This document shows positions 11,311 through 22,592 of a stretch of 34,539 nt of DNA, piece after piece. This DNA is from Octopus bimaculoides. Its lineage: Eukaryota. The translations under genes and the position numbers were made by a program. Position 1 is the stretch's first letter; each line of letters begins with the position of its first letter. The DNA is taken from NCBI RefSeq assembly GCF_001194135.2, contig NC_069007.1, positions 13,739,508 to 13,774,046 on the forward strand. Direction: 5' to 3'. The notes below the pieces were generated by a model, which saw only the letters and a program-made list of their open reading frames with translations, was not told where the DNA came from and did not search any database.

Positions 11311-11529
11311 CCCTTTAGTTTTCAGACTATTCTATCAAACATAATGCTTATTGATTCACATTGATTTGAATTAATCATGCATTATCTCATATCTTCAAGA
11401 TCTTGATGGTGTAAGTACTTAATGTAGAATAAAATTGTAGGGTAGATGTGAGAGCCTGGATCTGGTCAGTTTGAACATAAAACAGATTAAATATTTTCAC
11501 CGGATATGACCAGTTAAAATACTAAAGGG
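11311..11529. mobile_element. P1 MITE, reverse orientation
   Basis: ttaa-ccctttagttttcag ... atactaaaggg-ttac. Confidence 0.75.
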
Positions 11530-11644
11530 TTACATCACGAAGGCAAGATACAACTGGATACACAACTGCAATATCTTATTCGTATTTAAACCAGCACAAT
11601 CAGGGTCAACCCAAGTGTTAAGCACCAAAACTGACATTTTGTCA

Positions 11645-11775
11645 GTCATGGCAACAAAGGTCGCAGTTGAGTCGATCAATGGAGCAGCCTGCTCGTGAAA
11701 TTAATGCGCAAGTGGCTGAGCACTCCACAGAGCAAGTGTCTTGCTCAAGGACACAATGTACCACCAGAAAGCAAA
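11645..11775 (-). mobile_element. Family D SINE with an internal deletion
   Basis: gagcagcctgctcgtgaaattaatgcgcaagtggctgagcactccacag joined directly to the core aagtgtcttgctcaaggacacaatg. Confidence 0.7.
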
Positions 11776-11814
11776 CTAACAACCTTACAATTTCAAGTTC
11801 CATACCCACAAGTC

Positions 11815-11877
11815 TCCTCCTCCTCCTCAACAACAACAACAACAGCAGCAGCAGCAGCAACAACAACAACAACAATC
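11815..11877. repeat. Compound (CCT)(CAA)(CAG)(CAA) trinucleotide microsatellite
   Basis: Seen directly. Confidence 0.9.
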
Positions 11878-12119
11878 CACAGAATATATTTGAGGTGAAT
11901 TTTGTTGTTTGCTTTTTTTCAGATGCCAACTGGTTCCACCACAACAAGGAAGTTGATGTCACAAACTGGCAGTGACTTGTGCAGCAGACAGACTGGGAAC
12001 CAATTCCAACAGGTTGACACTATTTTAAATGTTAACACAGCCAATACCTGACGTACCTGCAAGAGGCTGGCAGTGATGGTGGGAATCCTGATAGATTCGG
12101 TACCTGGAAGATAAAGAAT

Positions 12120-12290
12120 TGGATGCCTGACAATCCATTCAGGCAGGTAAATCATTCTCCAGAAGACAGCCAACACCAGAGTGAAACGGTGATTGAGAAG
12201 AACTGGAGGCCTGACAATCCATTCAGACAGATAGGTCATTCTCCAGAGAAGAGCCAGTACCACACTGAAAGGGTGGGGATATTAAATTGT
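12120..12290 (+). repeat. 84-bp tandem duplication (2 units)
   Basis: cctgacaatccattcag at 12126 and 12210; units stay in frame as WMPDNPFRQVNHSPEDSQ / WRPDNPFRQIGHSPEKSQ. Confidence 0.85.
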
Positions 12291-12321
12291 AGCAAGCAGA
12301 TGGAATCAGTAGATAGAAGGT

Positions 12322-12530
12322 AGGTAGCTGGTAGAAACGTTAGCGTGCCGGGCAAAATGCTTAGCAGTATTTCATCTGTCTTCAGGTTCTGAGTTCAAAT
12401 TCTGCCGAGGTAGACTTTGCCTTTCATCCTTTCAGGGTCAATAAATTTAAGTACCAGCTGCGTACTGGAGTCGATCTTATCGACTGGCCACCTCCCAAAA
12501 AATTTCGAGCCTTGTGCCTAGAGTAGAAAA
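12322..12530 (+). mobile_element. tRNA-derived SINE family E (central domain gcctttcatcctttcagggtcaataaa...agtaccag; possibly Meta-domain type)
   Basis: agctggtagaaacgttagc head and gagttcaaattc B box; second copy at 28345-28540. Family name from memory, tentative. Confidence 0.75.
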
Positions 12531-13352
12531 GCACGTTCGCTAGAAGGACAGAGCAGGTGTCCCAACCTATATCACCCAGGACTGGTAACTTTATTTTAAC
12601 ATCCCTGAATGGATAAAAAATAAGGATGACCTCAGTGGAATTTCAACTCAAAGCACAGAACAAATAATGAATGGCTATCAACACTGTCAATTTAACAAAC
12701 CATACGATTACATCAGCTAGTGACCAATGAGAAAAGAACCCTCTACATGGTCACTTAGCTTGCTAGAAATAGTCAAATCTCACACCACTCTCTATTGTCT
12801 TAAAAAATGTCATTTTATCCATGTAGTCCAAAGCACATCACTGATTCATTTGTCACTGATCTGGGATAACATTATGCTCAATTGTGAATACTTGATCTGT
12901 GACAACAGTTCGGTGATCAAGGATTCTTCTTGAGGACACAAGCACTCCGTTGCAACCATCCACAATGCCGAGCTACCCAGAACACACTAATTGCCATTCA
13001 TGTTTACATCGCTATATTCTGAGGCTGGATGTTTTTGATATGGATTTACATACATGTAACCCATCAGCATGCCACAAGCAAGCAGAAAAAAAATACAAAG
13101 ATGTTTGAGCTGAACAAACAACACAGACAAATGTAATTTTTTACTGATCATTATAATTAATTTCACTTCAAATATTATTCCAGCCATGAAGCAATATCAT
13201 GATATTTGGTGTTATGTGGGTAAGTTAGGAAGAGAACTTGTGATCTCTGAAAGAAGCCGACAGATATATCATCGACAGAGGCAGTATTAATACCAGAAAG
13301 AAATATTTAACCCCACTTAAGTGTGGATGTTCTGCTGGAACAAACTATACTG

Positions 13353-13610
13353 TGAAGGCATGTGACCTAGTGGTTAGGCTGTTGCACCCACGATTGCTAG
13401 ATCGTGGGTTCAATTCCCTGATTGGGCGGCGCATTGTGTTCTTGAGCAAAACACTTCATTTCATGTTTCTCCAGTCCCCCTTTCAATCAGTAAGGGCTGT
13501 TGGCCTGCTCTCCTAACCAGCAGGGTGGTGCCATTTGAAAGCAAAAACAATGCAAAACACATTGTGACCAGCGATGTGTAACGTCTGATCAGTCATGTGA
13601 TCACTTGATG
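13353..13610 (+). mobile_element. tRNA-derived SINE related to family B
   Basis: gaaggcatgtgacctagtggttagg head, gggttcaattcc B box, shared ttgtgttcttgagcaaaacactt core. Confidence 0.7.
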
Positions 13611-15599
13611 CTACAGTAGTTACCATGAGAGAAACCTTCACATTGGCTTTTGATGCAAAATGCACTCCTGTTTCATATCGCTAGTGGGGAGATAAATCTC
13701 CACCATCTCCAGCACCACCAGGTCACGTGATTTCAACCTTCCGTGGTCTTGTTAGTGGTAGTCACTCAATCGCTAGAGACAGCAGCAATTCATCACCCCA
13801 CCAATGATCTATAGATTGACAGTGCCAGAACAGACGCTGGTGTTGCAATCTTGAAAAGTGGCAAAATTATTGGCAGTTGACATCTGGGTTAATTTTAGTA
13901 ACAAATCAAACATTTAAGATGCATTACGAATTTCAATTTTAGTGTTTATCCATGCTACTGCTTTTACACCTGTTAATTTTACCTGGAAAGATCAGCTAAA
14001 ATTACATAATATTTTTACATGCATGAAAAAGATTAAAGTTACAAGCAAATATTGTGGACACCCCTCTTGAACTTGAACAATTCCAAATAATGTGAATAAA
14101 TAAGCATTACATTTGACAGATTAATCTGAACACAAAAGGGTTAAACAACATACTACATCCACGTTGCAAATGCTTAAAAAACTTTTTTTTAAAGCATTTC
14201 TGTAAATATTTCCACCAGTCCCAACTGACTTAAGGAATGGTATTTGGATGGCAGCCACTTAACACCGTGAAATCAGAGATTGTCCCGATAACATTCTTTA
14301 GATTCGGTATGCTATGTTTATCTTGACAGCCAGCTGAGGTATTGAAGCAGTGAAGAATTAGAATTTGGTGTTCAGCCCAAATAAATACACGCGCCATACT
14401 GCATCTGAGCTCAATATCTATCAACTGGTTGTTCAATACACTTTATAAAGGCTTTGACATGTTCTCGTATCCCCAGGATTAGTCAAGACTAATCCACTTC
14501 TATAATGTTAGACACGAAGGGAGATAATACCTGCTGCAAGTTAACAAAGACAGATAAGGGGATGTAAACAAGGCCATCAGTTCCTAAATGGACAGAGAAA
14601 GGAGAAAACCTTGCCCTGGTCATAGGTTAGAAGAATCTGCTAGATATAGCAGCCAAGTGATCTCAAATCAAAATCTACTGTTCTAAAGGAAAGACACACT
14701 GAACAGTGTAGTCCCAGTTATACATACACAGCTAGAAAACCTTCAAGGCTGACACGTGACTAAAAAGCAGGTACCTAATCTATTGATTCTGGAGGGATCA
14801 ATTAAAATGCTGGAGAGCATGATCAAGGTTGGTCGCACATCACATCCAAGGTTAGGAATAAACCCAAATATCAATATATTTGTAGCACAATGTCATACTG
14901 GGGAATGGGGGGAGGTTAACAGTCTTAATTGATCTGTTGGTAAAACTTTAAAAGAAACAAAAAAAGCTTAGTATTTAAACTTCTTAATTTCCTGTATGAT
15001 ACAATAGNNNNNNNNNNNNNNNNNNNNNNNNNNNNNNNNNNNNNNNNNNNNNNNNNNNNNNNNNNNNNNNNNNNNNNNNNNNNNNNNNNNNNNNNNNNNN
15101 NNNNNNNNNNNNNNNNNNNNNNNNNNNNNNNNNNNNNNNNNNNNNNNNNNNNNNNNNNNNNNNNNNNNNNNNNNNNNNNNNNNNNNNNNNNNNNNNNNNN
15201 NNNNNNNNNNNNNNNNNNNNNNNNNNNNNNNNNNNNNNNNNNNNNNNNNNNNNNNNNNNNNNNNNNNNNNNNNNNNNNNNNNNNNNNNNNNNNNNNNNNN
15301 NACACACACACACCAGTTCTATTTCACTTCTTCATTATTATTCAACAATTGATTAGTTATTTAACCAACTAATCAATGGATTAAACATTCAGTCAATCCA
15401 TTAATCAGTCAGGTTTGTCAAAGTTCTTTCATCACAAGCACAAATGATTGACCAATCAATCAATTAGTTGATTAAAATAGTTATCCACTGATAAATAATA
15501 AAGAGATGAAGTAGAACTCGTTGTGTGTATTTGTTTATAGGAATAACAACTCTCCCGAGATGCAGCAACATTTTTTTTTCAACACTTGAGTTCACATCA

Positions 15600-15935
15600 A
15601 GAAATAAAAAATGCATCAGCCTGCAGCCTCCCACCTCATAGTCATCCATCGCAAGCGCTGGTACTGACATGTCCTCTGTCTCCCACTAGATCATCCTACC
15701 AAGGCTTTACTTTCATTTGATGTGGCGGTTGCAGGCTGTAAGAGGCCTTGTGGGAGGCCCCGGACCAGCAGGCTGGACGTGGTCAAGGAGGATCTCCAGA
15801 GGTTCAACATCACTTTGGAGGATGTAAGGGGGCTGGCATGGGACCGCCAGCAATGGAGAGCACTAGCAGACCTGGTTGGTTCTATGCATGATGGCATCCC
15901 TGGCACCATTAAACTGGGATGACCCCAGTTCCATC
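15600..15935 (+). mobile_element. RTE-clade non-LTR retrotransposon ORF C-terminal relic
   Basis: Translates RWY*HVLCLPLDHPTKALLSFDVAVAGCKRPCGRPRTSRLDVVKEDL...AWDRQQWRAL. The RWxGHV, GRP..W.D.V..DL and DR..WR motifs are typical of the RTE C-terminus; contains an in-frame stop. Confidence 0.8.
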
Positions 15936-16108
15936 AAGCAAAGCTAAATACAAAAATGAATTACAGTAATTGTTGGGAGAAATGGAACAGGTAATAATAT
16001 GTCAACCTTCCACAGAAAATAAGTTCCATCCTACTAAAAGCAGCCAAATTCCTCATCTACAGATGATGCCAGAGAAAAATTGGGAAGAGTCATAGCTAAT
16101 GTGTTTAG

Positions 16109-16493
16109 CCCTTTAGCATTCGGATTACTCTGTTAAATGTAACGTTTGTTTATTCAGATTGTTTTGAATTTGGGTTAGATGGTTTGACAGGAACTGGTAA
16201 GCCAGACGACAGCATCAAGCTCCACTGTCTGCTTCAGCTGTAAAAGCCATGCCAAAGCAGACAGTGGAGATTGGAGCAGTCCACTGGCTTACCAGCTCCT
16301 GTCAAACCATCCAACCCATGCCAGTATGGAAGAAGGACATTAAATGACGGCGATATCTCATAGATTTGAGATGTCAATAATGTGATTGTTTTTAGAATGA
16401 CATTGTAGGGTAGGTGTGAGAAGCCAGATCTGGCCAGTTTGAACATAAAACACAAAATGTGGGCCAGATATGACTGGTTTAAATGTTAACAGG
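16109..16493. mobile_element. P1 MITE, reverse orientation, interrupted by the RTE-tail hairpin
   Basis: ccctttagcattcggattactctg ... gggccagatatgactggtttaaatgttaacagg-ttaa. Confidence 0.7.
16171..16352. repeat. Inverted duplication of the RTE tail (64-bp arms), inserted in a MITE
   Basis: 16171-16234 vs reverse complement of 16255-16318: 56/64 identical by hand alignment; 20-nt spacer. Confidence 0.85.
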
Positions 16494-16570
16494 TTAATCA
16501 TTAATCTGCTCAATCAGAACAGACTGGGGTGGGGTGCAGAACAAAGGTAACACGATAACTAAAAACTTAC

Positions 16571-16666
16571 CTTCTTGTTAAGTTTCAACCAGGTACCAAA
16601 CCCTTTGCTGTCTTTATATTGGAGACCAAAGAACCAAATTTCTCGAAGACCAATTGTTTTCACGAC
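16571..16666 (-). CDS. ERM: ERM exon: [32 protein letters not shown]
   Basis: 96 nt, tctgtaatttgtag acceptor and gtaagt donor, phase 0/0. Continues the ERM sequence in frame. Not in the ORF track (too short). Confidence 0.97.
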
Positions 16667-16810
16667 CTACAAATTACAGAAACAAAGATTAGATTAATTA
16701 TCATTTGCAGATTAATTACAAATTATTAAGTTTCCGACATACGACAAGATAGCTTCATAAAACATCAGTTATACGTTTTAAGAAGGAGCTGAGAGAGTTG
16801 CTATGGTGGT

Positions 16811-16895
16811 GGATAGATTGTCAACCATTATGGATGAGTAACTTATACTAGTGGAAAAGGATAGATTATCAACTGTCATGGATGAGTAACTCACA
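16811..16895 (+). repeat. 48-bp tandem duplication
   Basis: ggatagatt.tcaac..t.atggatgagtaact at 16811 and 16859. Confidence 0.75.
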
Positions 16896-17339
16896 AGTGT
16901 GGAGTGGGATATAAAGGGGTGTTGGGAATGATATGATAGTAGAGGGGGAGATACAAAGGAGGTGAACAGCAGATGCAGTGAACCATGAATGCAGTGTGTG
17001 GAGGGAATGTGGGGTGTACGTGGTGGTGGGGAGGGCAGTAACTGGTATTGCAAAGAGTTCGGGTATGTGGAATATGTGGTTTGTGATAAATATTTCAACT
17101 CTGAGTTCAAACTATGCCAAGGTCAAGTTTGTTTCCCACCTTTTTTTTCTACTGCTGACTTTCTCTCTTCAGGAAATCAGCTGTGGTCAAGCCAGGAAGA
17201 AGAGGTTGAACTCAGCCAGGTCTGAAAACATTCAACGCAAACCAAATGCAACAGAGGCACCCCTATACAAGTCCTAGTTGAGATCTCGGGGCAAGTTAAG
17301 CTATACTATTGAGACCTTTGGAATTCAACAAGGAAGTCG

Positions 17340-17720
17340 AGTAGTCACTCCTTAACCTTCTAGAGATAGCAGCCAAATCTCCCTCTAATCACATTCTACT
17401 GTCTTACAAAAAAAAAAAAAAAAAAAAAAAAAAAGAGACAGATTCACTAAAGCAATTTAAGATACACTGCCTGAAAACAAAACAGGATGTTCATGGATGG
17501 AATGCCTTTTTTGATATTAGGGCCACTTGATCACAGCTGAACTAGGGTTAAACAATCTATATGGGAGTGCTTCAATGCGTACACTCATCTTGCTGGAAAC
17601 AGCAGCCAAATCTCCCATTAAATCATACACTACCATTCTGAAAATAGAGAGGCATCCTAAATAATGTAGTTATGAATATCAGATGGGGTGGTCCTGGTTG
17701 CAGCTGACTTAGGCTAAACA
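17340..17720 (+). repeat. Two copies of an abundant dispersed repeat (ctagaaatagcagccaaatctccc core)
   Basis: The core also occurs near 457, 2341, 9361, 11085, 12760, 14640 and 16035, and reversed near 21370, 23860, 24430, 26075 and 30715. Confidence 0.7.
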
Positions 17721-18199
17721 ACCATTGCTAACTTGGAAAACCATGTTAAAAATAATAACTAGTTATTATTATGTTACACCTGTGTTGAACCTGAAATATG
17801 TTCTGGGGACCAAATTTCTTACCACACAGCCATTCCTGCATGTCGTTTTAAGTCTAAGGCAACATAACAGTTAGGATGACAATTTTTCTGTTCTGTGGTA
17901 GTAGCTCCCCCCCCCCTCATCCAGGATGCTACATTGTGAGACACAGTAGCAACTTGGTGTTGTCAGCTACAAGCCCAGGTTTTGCTACTTGTCAGGTCGA
18001 GAAAAGCAAAGTGCCAAAGGTATTGGCTGCTCTCCAACAGGTTTATGGCAAAGCCTGTGGCAGCAGAAACCTCCGACGTTCTTGGCCCTTGGTCCATATT
18101 CCTGCTCATCACTATCAAGGCAGAGGTGGCTGTCCGTGAGTGTGAGCCTTGTGAGTCAGAGTGACTGTTCCAGCCCATCTCCCTCGTCATCCTCTAGAA

Positions 18200-19198
18200 A
18201 AGGGGTTCTCAACCATTTTTTTTTTTTACCTATGGACTCTTTTGATTACTATTTTACATGGGTGGACCTGCATAACCATTCAACGTTTAAAAAATCCTAT
18301 TGTATTTTTATAATTTTATGAAGAATTGTATAAAAATAGTTAAAATGGATCTNNNNNNNNNNNNNNNNNNNNNNNNNNNNNNNNNNNNNNNNNNNNNNNN
18401 NNNNNNNNNNNNNNNNNNNNNNNNNNNNNNNNNNNNNNNNNNNNNNNNNNNNNNNNNNNNNNNNNNNNNNNNNNNNNNNNNNNNNNNNNNNNNNNNNNNN
18501 NNNNNNNNNNNNNNNNNNNNNNNNNNNNNNNNNNNNNNNNNNNNNNNNNNNNNNNNNNNNNNNNNNNNNNNNNNNNNNNNNNNNNNNNNNNNNNNNNNNN
18601 NNNNNNNNNNNNNNNNNNNNNNNNNNNNNNNNNNNNNNNNNGTTAGGGTTAGGGCAAATGTTGTACACATACAGTTCAGGCAGACGTTAACGAAATTATA
18701 TTAAAAATAGAACGAAGGAAAACGAACACACGTGTGTTGCCTCTCTGCAAAATGTCAGAAGTAATTGAGATTAAATACGCTTTACACCGCTTAAACTGCC
18801 AAAGGAGTAACTATAAACAGCTGAATACTTGTCAGTGATTGGTTGAAATTATCGAAATAAGACAATTTTTTACATGAAATAACTTTGAATACAAAATATT
18901 TTTTCTGTTCTATAACACAAAATAGATAAGTATACGAAGTTTGAAAGTCTTTCGGTACCAAAAACACTACATAAAACATAAATGAAAACTGGTGCCCCCG
19001 TTTTGAACTAGATCCGTTAAAATATTTTGTATATTGTAGAAGCATGACTGATGTATTGCATAAACTTTTCTGAAGCAGTTTTTTTCATGGCCCCTGAAAA
19101 ATAACCATAGATCTTCAGTTTACTATATTGCATCTGTGGACCCCAAAAATCTTATATGGACCCTAAGGGTCCATATAGACCCCAACTGAGAACCTCTG
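18200..19198. mobile_element. hAT-Charlie-type MITE hosting a nested element
   Basis: Ends (a)AGGGGTTCTCAAC and actGAGAACCTCTG; perfect 8-bp TSD CTCTAGAA at 18192-18199 and 19199-19206 (NTCTAGAN is the established Charlie target). Confidence 0.85.
18347..19015. mobile_element. Nested DNA transposon with GGATCT...AGATCC termini (Merlin-like?)
   Basis: 8-bp TSD GTTAAAAT at 18339-18346 and 19016-19023; inverted 6-bp termini visible, and the rest of the left end is in an N gap. Confidence 0.7.
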
Positions 19199-19739
19199 CT
19201 CTAGAACACCACCTCCATTTTGTCTACTGGGGCCATAAGAAATGTCTCTACATTGTGAGGCAAGATTTTTCAAAATTAACTCAAAACCGTTTTAAGAATG
19301 ATTTTTTTTTTTTTGCACTGCGTATTTCATGTTTTTTCTTCTGTTTATTTGCAGATAAATGTCCTTAGTGAATAGGTCGAAGGTAGAGATCACACAGCTT
19401 TGCAAGAGAAGAGTCAAAAACAGCCAATGGAAACAACCAAAACGGAGAAACAAGATTCATTTAATGTTACAAAATTAGTATGAAAGACATTTTCATCAGC
19501 AACCAAGCTAGGAGGTTAGTAGTCACCACTGTACAACCACCACGACTAGTAGCAGTAGTAGTAGTGGTGGTGGTGGTGGTGACAACAGTATTGTTTTTAA
19601 CACTACAAACTGACCTTTTATCTTGCTTTTACACAGCTTCCTGAAATACTCAAGTGTTTAGGATGTGCTGTGGTTCTTCAGTTTAAAACAAGGAAAGAAC
19701 TTAATAATTATCACAAAGCTGCGAAACCACTCATACAGT

Positions 19740-19744
19740 GTGTG

Positions 19745-19800
<56 letters not shown>

Positions 19801-19830
19801 GGCAAGTGTGTGTGTGTGTGTGTGTGTGTG
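19740..19830. repeat. (GA)n(TG)n microsatellite
   Basis: Seen directly. Confidence 0.95.
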
Positions 19831-20694
19831 TAACAAAGACTGAGTAAGAGTGAGAGAGCAAGAGTGAGTGAGTGCATAAGCTAGGGTGTGTGTAAATTTA
19901 TAGGCAAAAACACAAAGTGAGTGAGTATGAATATACACAAAACCTTAGTGTGTATTTGTATATCTAAATTACAAACGAAAAATTTCTCGAGTATACTATA
20001 AAAAAAACAAAAAGTATAATAAAAAAAACATTGCCCTATGTTTTCACAAGAGTGCTACAAGACATGTTAGTAGACGATTGTTTATTGGTATAGCCTTAGT
20101 ATATTTTGGAAGCTTGTAGATACTAGGATCATAACATACATAACTAGATATAACACACACAGAACGACTAACGTATGTACACATACCAATTCTTCATGCA
20201 GACAGAAGGGGGGGGGGCAAAAACTAAATTTTTTTCTTATGTGCCTTTTTAGTTTTTGGTACTTGGCATTCATAGGGGGGTGGAATTCATTTTATTTCCT
20301 GTCTCCCAACACTAAACAGACCCAGACCACTACATTAAGCGGTTCTCTGGTTTTTGTTATCTTTCTTCCATTTGGCATAATAATGGTTTGGTGAAAAGTA
20401 AAAAAAAAAGGCACAGATGGTTCAGAGTGTGAAGACTTCTTGTAGGACAAACAGCAGACTGTCTCTTCTTAAACAGTGCTGTATCTGTGACCAAAATGTG
20501 GTAAGATGGTCCTGGCCCACTCCACAGAACAGAACTTCCTGATTAACTCTTTAATACCTAGCAAACAAATCTATGTCTATGGGATGGTCATAAGCAGACA
20601 GGTTTTAGACAAACACAAACAGTCTGAGGCAAAAGCAATGGCAGAATGGTAGCTAACCTGTTATTGTTGGGGAAGTTTGTGGATCCTCCCTACA

Positions 20695-21125
20695 TCATTA
20701 TTATTCAATGACCATTTTCCATGCTAGCAAGAGTGAGACGGTTTGACTGGAACTAGCAAGCCGGAGAGTTACACCAAGCTCCAGTCTGTTCTAACTTGGT
20801 TTCTATGGCTGGATGCCTTTCTTAACACTAACCGCTCCAGAGTATACTGGGTACCTTTGTATCACTGGCACAGGTGCATTTTACGTGTCACCAGCATGGA
20901 AGCATTTTACATGTCACAGGCACCGACTACAACTACAATTTCAGTTAGTTTGATGTGTCTTCTAAAGCAAATCACCAAAGGTCTCAGTCACTTGTCGTTA
21001 CCTCCATGAGGCTCAACATCCAAAGATCATCATACTTCACCACCACATCCCATGTCTTCCTGGGTCTACCTCTTCCACAGGTTCCCTTCAGAGATCAGCA
21101 CTTCTTTACACAGCTGTCCTCATCC
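20695..21125 (-). mobile_element. 5'-truncated RTE LINE: ORF end plus 3' UTR with (TGA)n-type tail
   Basis: Minus strand reads DSCVKKC*SLKGTCGRGRPRKTWDVVVKYDDL...TSD*DLW*FAL with stops, then a UTR ending in aatgatg. Confidence 0.8.
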
Positions 21126-21407
21126 AAAATCTGAGGTATCACCATAAGGTTCAGAATGACTCATGTTGCACACTGTCTGGTCACTTCAATCCTGGAGTCA
21201 GTGGGTGTAGGACCAGTCCATGAAGCTGACAAACCAGATATAAATTAGATTTTGACTAAATGTGGAGGTGAGACACCCTATAACAACTATCCAGTCTCTT
21301 ATTTCAGACATTGTATATCTAGCACTGTTACATCCTTCCCTTTTAAGATGATAAAATATTGATATAATGTTTGACTGCTATTTCGAGCAACTGCAGAAGC
21401 TCTGTAG

Positions 21408-21590
21408 CAGTGTTTCTCAACCATGTTTTACTTACGGATCCCTTTGATTCCTATTTTACACAGATGGACCCTTCTAACCATTTGAGGTTTTAAAAAAATT
21501 AGGTTTTTAATAATCAAATATTATAAGGAATTGTATTAAAAAAATTGCTAAAATATGGTGAGTTTTGTAAAAGTATAACCAATTTATTAC
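21408..21590. mobile_element. Left part of the same hAT MITE family as 18200
   Basis: cagtgtttctcaaccatg... colinear with 18200-18346 and 19016 onward, without the nested insert; interrupted by a family B SINE. Confidence 0.7.
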
Positions 21591-21594
21591 ACTG

Positions 21595-21797
21595 ATGTTA
21601 TCCAAGGGAAAGGCAAAGGGGCCGATACAGCTTGGCACCAGTGGTGTTGCAACTCATTTCTACATCTGAGTGAACTGGAGCAACATGAAATAAAGTATCT
21701 TGCTCAAGAATACAACACACAGCCTGGTCTGGGAATCGAACTTACTACCTCAGGATTGTGAGCCTGATACTGTAACCAATGAGCCATGTACCTTCAT
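21595..21797 (-). mobile_element. Family B SINE, 5' portion
   Basis: Reverse complement matches the head and first ~200 nt of the 9800 copy. Confidence 0.85.
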
Positions 21798-22221
21798 ATC
21801 ACCACAATATTACAACAATTCGAGATTAAGATAGCAAATGGAAGAATAAATATTGGGGTTGCTATGATCAGCTAATATCTATCAAAGCATTGCCCCAGTA
21901 TGGTCGCAGTTCAAGGACTGAAACCAGTAAAAATAAACAAATAAATAATTGTTAACTGGCAGAGATATCAAAAATGCCTTAACATATCTCTGGTATTGCA
22001 AGTACTGCTGCCACACATTGCCCTTTCTTCCTCTCCATCAGAGACAACTGGATGGCAACGCTGGCAACTGGTAGGCGTATAAAAATTAATAATATTCAGT
22101 ACCATGCTGCCTTGCATGCAGCTACAGACTCAAGCCTTGTGGCTCAAATTAAAGTGAGAGAGAGAGAGAGAAAATGTGAGTGTGTGTAGCAATCATTTCT
22201 TATCTCCAAACTCCATATGAT

Positions 22222-22592
22222 CATCATTTAACATCGATTTTTACATAGTATAAGGTCAAACAATTTGTCAAAGCAAATTTTCTATGGCCGGATGCCCTTC
22301 CTGTCACCAAACCTTACCAGTTTCCCAGTTAGGTAATATTTCCCCCATGACCAGACATGTTTTTTCTATGGAAGACTGGAAACATTTCTTGCATGACAGC
22401 AGCAATGCTTATTTTAAACCATCGCATCACAAGGGTATACACACACACACACACACACATGAAGAGGCTTCTTTCAGTTTCTGTCTACCAAATCCATTCA
22501 CATGCCTTTAATTGGCCAGAGGTTCAGATGCCAATCAGTGAGACTGAATCCCAGGCTATGTTTGGATGCAAGCTTCTGAACCACACGGCCCT
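22222..22592 (-). mobile_element. Long family A SINE variant with an RTE-like 3' tail
   Basis: Same body and head as the 6340 and 8005 copies; begins catcatttaac ((TGA)n tail on the minus strand). Confidence 0.75.

Noticed and set aside
11642-11975. Poly-N/S/L ORFs on both strands
   Set aside because: Products of a trinucleotide microsatellite plus a SINE fragment.
17876-18190. GC-richer segment with several 60-110 aa ORFs
   Set aside because: No recognisable motif in any frame; probably an old repeat fragment.
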